This document shows positions 29,643 to 32,000 of a stretch of DNA of 32,000 bases, piece by piece. Below the pieces are notes generated by a model. That model searched no databases. It was not told the DNA's origin and saw nothing but the letters and a program-made list of their open reading frames with translations. A program made the position numbers and the translations under genes. This stretch comes from Geobacter metallireducens GS-15 (GTDB lineage Bacteria > Desulfobacterota > Desulfuromonadia > Geobacterales > Geobacteraceae), in assembly GCF_000012925.1 (NCBI RefSeq), contig NC_007517.1, positions 1,350,001-1,382,000 on the forward strand, read 5' to 3'. Numbering within the stretch: position 1 is the stretch's first letter; every line of letters begins with the position of its first letter.

Positions 29643-31813
29643 TGCTCTGGATAACCTCCGTGCAACTCCCCGCCTTTGGCCGTTTCGGGGGGGAGGAGTT
29701 CACCTTCCGCCGGGGTATGAACCTGGTGTGCGGCAAGAACGAGGCGGGGAAGTCAACGCTCCTGGCTGCCATTGCCGGGACCATCTTCGGCTTCCGGAGA
29801 GAAAAGGACCGGTTCGTCCCCTGGGGCGGTGGTGAACGTTGCGAGGCCCGGGTGAGCTTCGCCTATGACGACCGGGAAATGACCATCGTCCGCGATTTCC
29901 TAACCGACCGGGTCCAGGCGGTGGAGCGTTCCGGAGACAGGCTCCTGTGGCGGTTCGAGGGAAAGGTCTCTCCGGCGGGGCGGAGCAGCGAGCGGGAGGA
30001 GTACCTGGCGAAGATCGAGGAGGTCTGGGGCTTTGCCGAGGGGGATATCTTTCGGAACTCGGTCTTCGTGGGCCAACGGGACCTGAAGATCGAGGGGGAC
30101 GGCGCCCTCACCACCCGGATCAAACAGCTCCTCTCGGGTTTCTCCGAAATGGATTACGACGCGGTGGTGGACAGCCTCGAAAAGGAGCTCTACGAGTTGA
30201 CCAGACGCCCCGGCGGGAGGGCCAAGGATCGTGAGTTGGAAGAGGTGCGCGCTCGGATGGCCGAGTTGGCCGAGGCCTGGCGCTCGGCCAGTCGGACCAT
30301 GGAGGAAGTCTGCAAGGCGGAAGCGGAGCTGGCGGAGCTTCGGGGCTTCATCGACGCCAGCCGGGCCGACCTGGAGAAGGGGGAGAAGTACCTTCAACGG
30401 GTGAAAAAGTACCATGAGGCCACGGTCCGTGAAGCGGTGCTGAGCAAGGAGTTCGACCGTATCCAGACGGAGCGGGAAAAGGTGGAGGCCCTTGAGGCGC
30501 AGCGGAGGACCATTGAGGCACGGCTTGCCCCCCTGGGGAATCTGACGGAATTGCCCGATGGCTTCGACAGGACCATCGAGGCCTACTGCGCCGCCAGCGT
30601 GCGGCTGGAGCAGCTTGAAGAGGAGATGGCAGGGCTGACCGTGGAGGCAGATGATGTTCGCAAAGTGCCTCTCGGGCTGCTTCTGTCACCCATTCTCGCG
30701 TGGGGGGCGGCTGTTGCGGCTTGGTTCCTCGTGCCCGCCACTGCCTACGTGGTGACCGGCATTGCCCTTGCGGCGACCCTGGCCGTTGTTGTCTATGCCG
30801 CCCGGTTGAGCAGCGCGCGCAATGCCAATGCAGCCCGCCGCCAGGGGAGGATCGACGGCCTCGCTGTCGAGATCGACCGACTACGCAGCGAGGCAGCCCG
30901 TCACGGGGGAGCGGTTGCGGAGCATCTTGGCGACATCGACCCGGCCAGCGCCCGGGGGATTCTTGAGGAGATGGAAGGAGTCGAGGAGATCGTTGCCGAG
31001 CGCGACCAGGTGGCAAGCGCCCTCAAGGTGCTCTCTCCTTTGGACGATCTCAAGGCTCAGGGAGCGGAGCTAGCTCGGGAGTTGGCCGTGGTGCGGGAAA
31101 CCATGGAAAGCGTTGTCGGCAAGGGGTTTCCGGTCATGTCACACGAGGAGTTCACCGCCGCCGAGGCGAAGATGCAGCGGCTGGCCGGGGAGGTGAAGGA
31201 GAAGGAGCGGGCCGCCCTCGTCAAGGAGCAGGAGTTGGCGGTACTTCGCACGGGGGGGCTCGACCTTGAGGCCATCGCCGAGGAGGGAGAAGAACTCAAG
31301 TCCCGTGAGCAGCGACTCGTGCGGCGGACCGGCGCGTTGCGGCTCGCCGTGGAGCTTCTGCGGGAAACCCTCGATGAATACCGGGCCACGTACCTGGCAC
31401 GGCTCTCCTCGGAGATCAACGGGAAGCTCTATAACCTCACGGCCGGCAGGTATCGCGAGGCCCGTCTCGACGACAATTTCAACCTCACTATCGGCGCCGA
31501 CGGTGAGCTCAGGCCGGCAGAGGCCTACAGTTGCGGAGTCCAGGACCAGGCCTATCTTGCCTCCCGGCTTGCCCTGGGGGGGATACTCTCTCGGGGGAGA
31601 AAATTGCCTTTTCTTCTCGACGACCCTTTGGTAAATTTTGATGACGAGCGAAAAACTGCCGTTCTGGTTACACTTAACCTCATTGCTTCAGGCCACCAGG
31701 TCATCCTCTTTGTTCATGACGAACGCTATCTCCGGCTCAAGGGGGCAGACCTCTGGCATCGAATCCGAATCGACATGAAAGGAAAACCGGATGGACAACT
31801 GCATCTTCTGTAA
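29642..31813 (+). CDS. SbcC/Rad50-like (YhaN-type) ATPase with a central transmembrane hairpin
   Basis: Walker A is GKNEAGKSTLLAAI. Long coiled-coil regions are present. Two hydrophobic helices are encoded at nt 30665-30808. The signature and Walker B are GVQDQAYLASRLAL and LPFLLDDPLVNFDDER. No CxxC zinc hook is present. Confidence 0.8.
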   Translation: MLWITSVQLPAFGRFGGEEFTFRRGMNLVCGKNEAGKSTLLAAIAGTIFGFRREKDRFVPWGGGERCEARVSFAYDDREMTIVRDFLTDRVQAVERSGDRLLWRFEGKVSPAGRSSEREEYLAKIEEVWGFAEGDIFRNSVFVGQRDLKIEGDGALTTRIKQLLSGFSEMDYDAVVDSLEKELYELTRRPGGRAKDRELEEVRARMAELAEAWRSASRTMEEVCKAEAELAELRGFIDASRADLEKGEKYLQRVKKYHEATVREAVLSKEFDRIQTEREKVEALEAQRRTIEARLAPLGNLTELPDGFDRTIEAYCAASVRLEQLEEEMAGLTVEADDVRKVPLGLLLSPILAWGAAVAAWFLVPATAYVVTGIALAATLAVVVYAARLSSARNANAARRQGRIDGLAVEIDRLRSEAARHGGAVAEHLGDIDPASARGILEEMEGVEEIVAERDQVASALKVLSPLDDLKAQGAELARELAVVRETMESVVGKGFPVMSHEEFTAAEAKMQRLAGEVKEKERAALVKEQELAVLRTGGLDLEAIAEEGEELKSREQRLVRRTGALRLAVELLRETLDEYRATYLARLSSEINGKLYNLTAGRYREARLDDNFNLTIGADGELRPAEAYSCGVQDQAYLASRLALGGILSRGRKLPFLLDDPLVNFDDERKTAVLVTLNLIASGHQVILFVHDERYLRLKGADLWHRIRIDMKGKPDGQLHLL

Positions 31814-32000
31814 GATCATCAACGGGACCATTCCCGCCAGGAAGGTCTACGAAGACGACGACCTCGTCGCCATCGAGGACATCAACCCGGTCGCACCGCA
31901 CCATATCCTGCTCATTCCCCGCAAGCACATCGTGAACGCCCTTGACCTGACCGCCGGGGATGACGCTCTTGTCGGTCGCGTTTTCCGGGCCGCGGCAGCC
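31791..32000 (+). CDS. HIT-family (HinT-like) nucleotide hydrolase, 3'-truncated by window edge
   Basis: Hand translation from ATG 31791 gives MDNCIFCKIINGTIPARKVYEDDDLVAIEDINPVAPHHILLIPRKHI... This is a typical HIT N-terminus. It overlaps the preceding gene by 23 nt. The HxHxH motif would lie beyond the window. Confidence 0.8.
   Translation, partial: MDNCIFCKIINGTIPARKVYEDDDLVAIEDINPVAPHHILLIPRKHIVNALDLTAGDDALVGRVFRAAAA

Overview
GC-rich bacterial chromosomal window, about 58-72 % GC by hand counts of sample lines. The gene content is dnaE-accA-rluB, mutM, lrgAB, a long-form GAPDH, a di-haem cytochrome c peroxidase, several PAS histidine kinases and tlyA-sbcD-sbcC-like-HIT. This resembles a Geobacter/Desulfuromonadales-type genome, which is an inference only. 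I support about 27 protein genes, one tRNA-Leu(CAG), several hairpin terminators and a few sigma70-like promoters. There are no CRISPR arrays, rRNA genes, transposases or integrases. The best candidate for a new system is a translationally coupled two-gene module on the minus strand (11075-15981). It pairs a 219-aa protein carrying a DprA/LOG-like (SLOG-type) Rossmann signature with a 1416-aa STAND/NLR-like protein built as DUF4062 head, NACHT P-loop and 14 exact 42-aa WD40 units. The module is compositionally distinct and is wedged between the dnaE promoter region and a convergent kinase gene with a 1-nt gap. Secondary items: (1) a JAB/MPN-like ORF (1-632) that is missing from the ORF track and runs off the left edge; (2) a roughly 0.9-kb low-GC islet (about 3179-4130) carrying an orphan 212-aa gene with its own terminator; (3) a leaderless clostripain-like C11 peptidase; (4) a 33-bp imperfect inverted repeat enclosing 84 nt (7650-7800); (5) a TGTCA/TGACA half-site array in a divergent regulator promoter region; (6) an SbcC-like ATPase whose coiled-coil apex is a transmembrane hairpin. 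All family calls come from motif recognition by eye. No database search was run.
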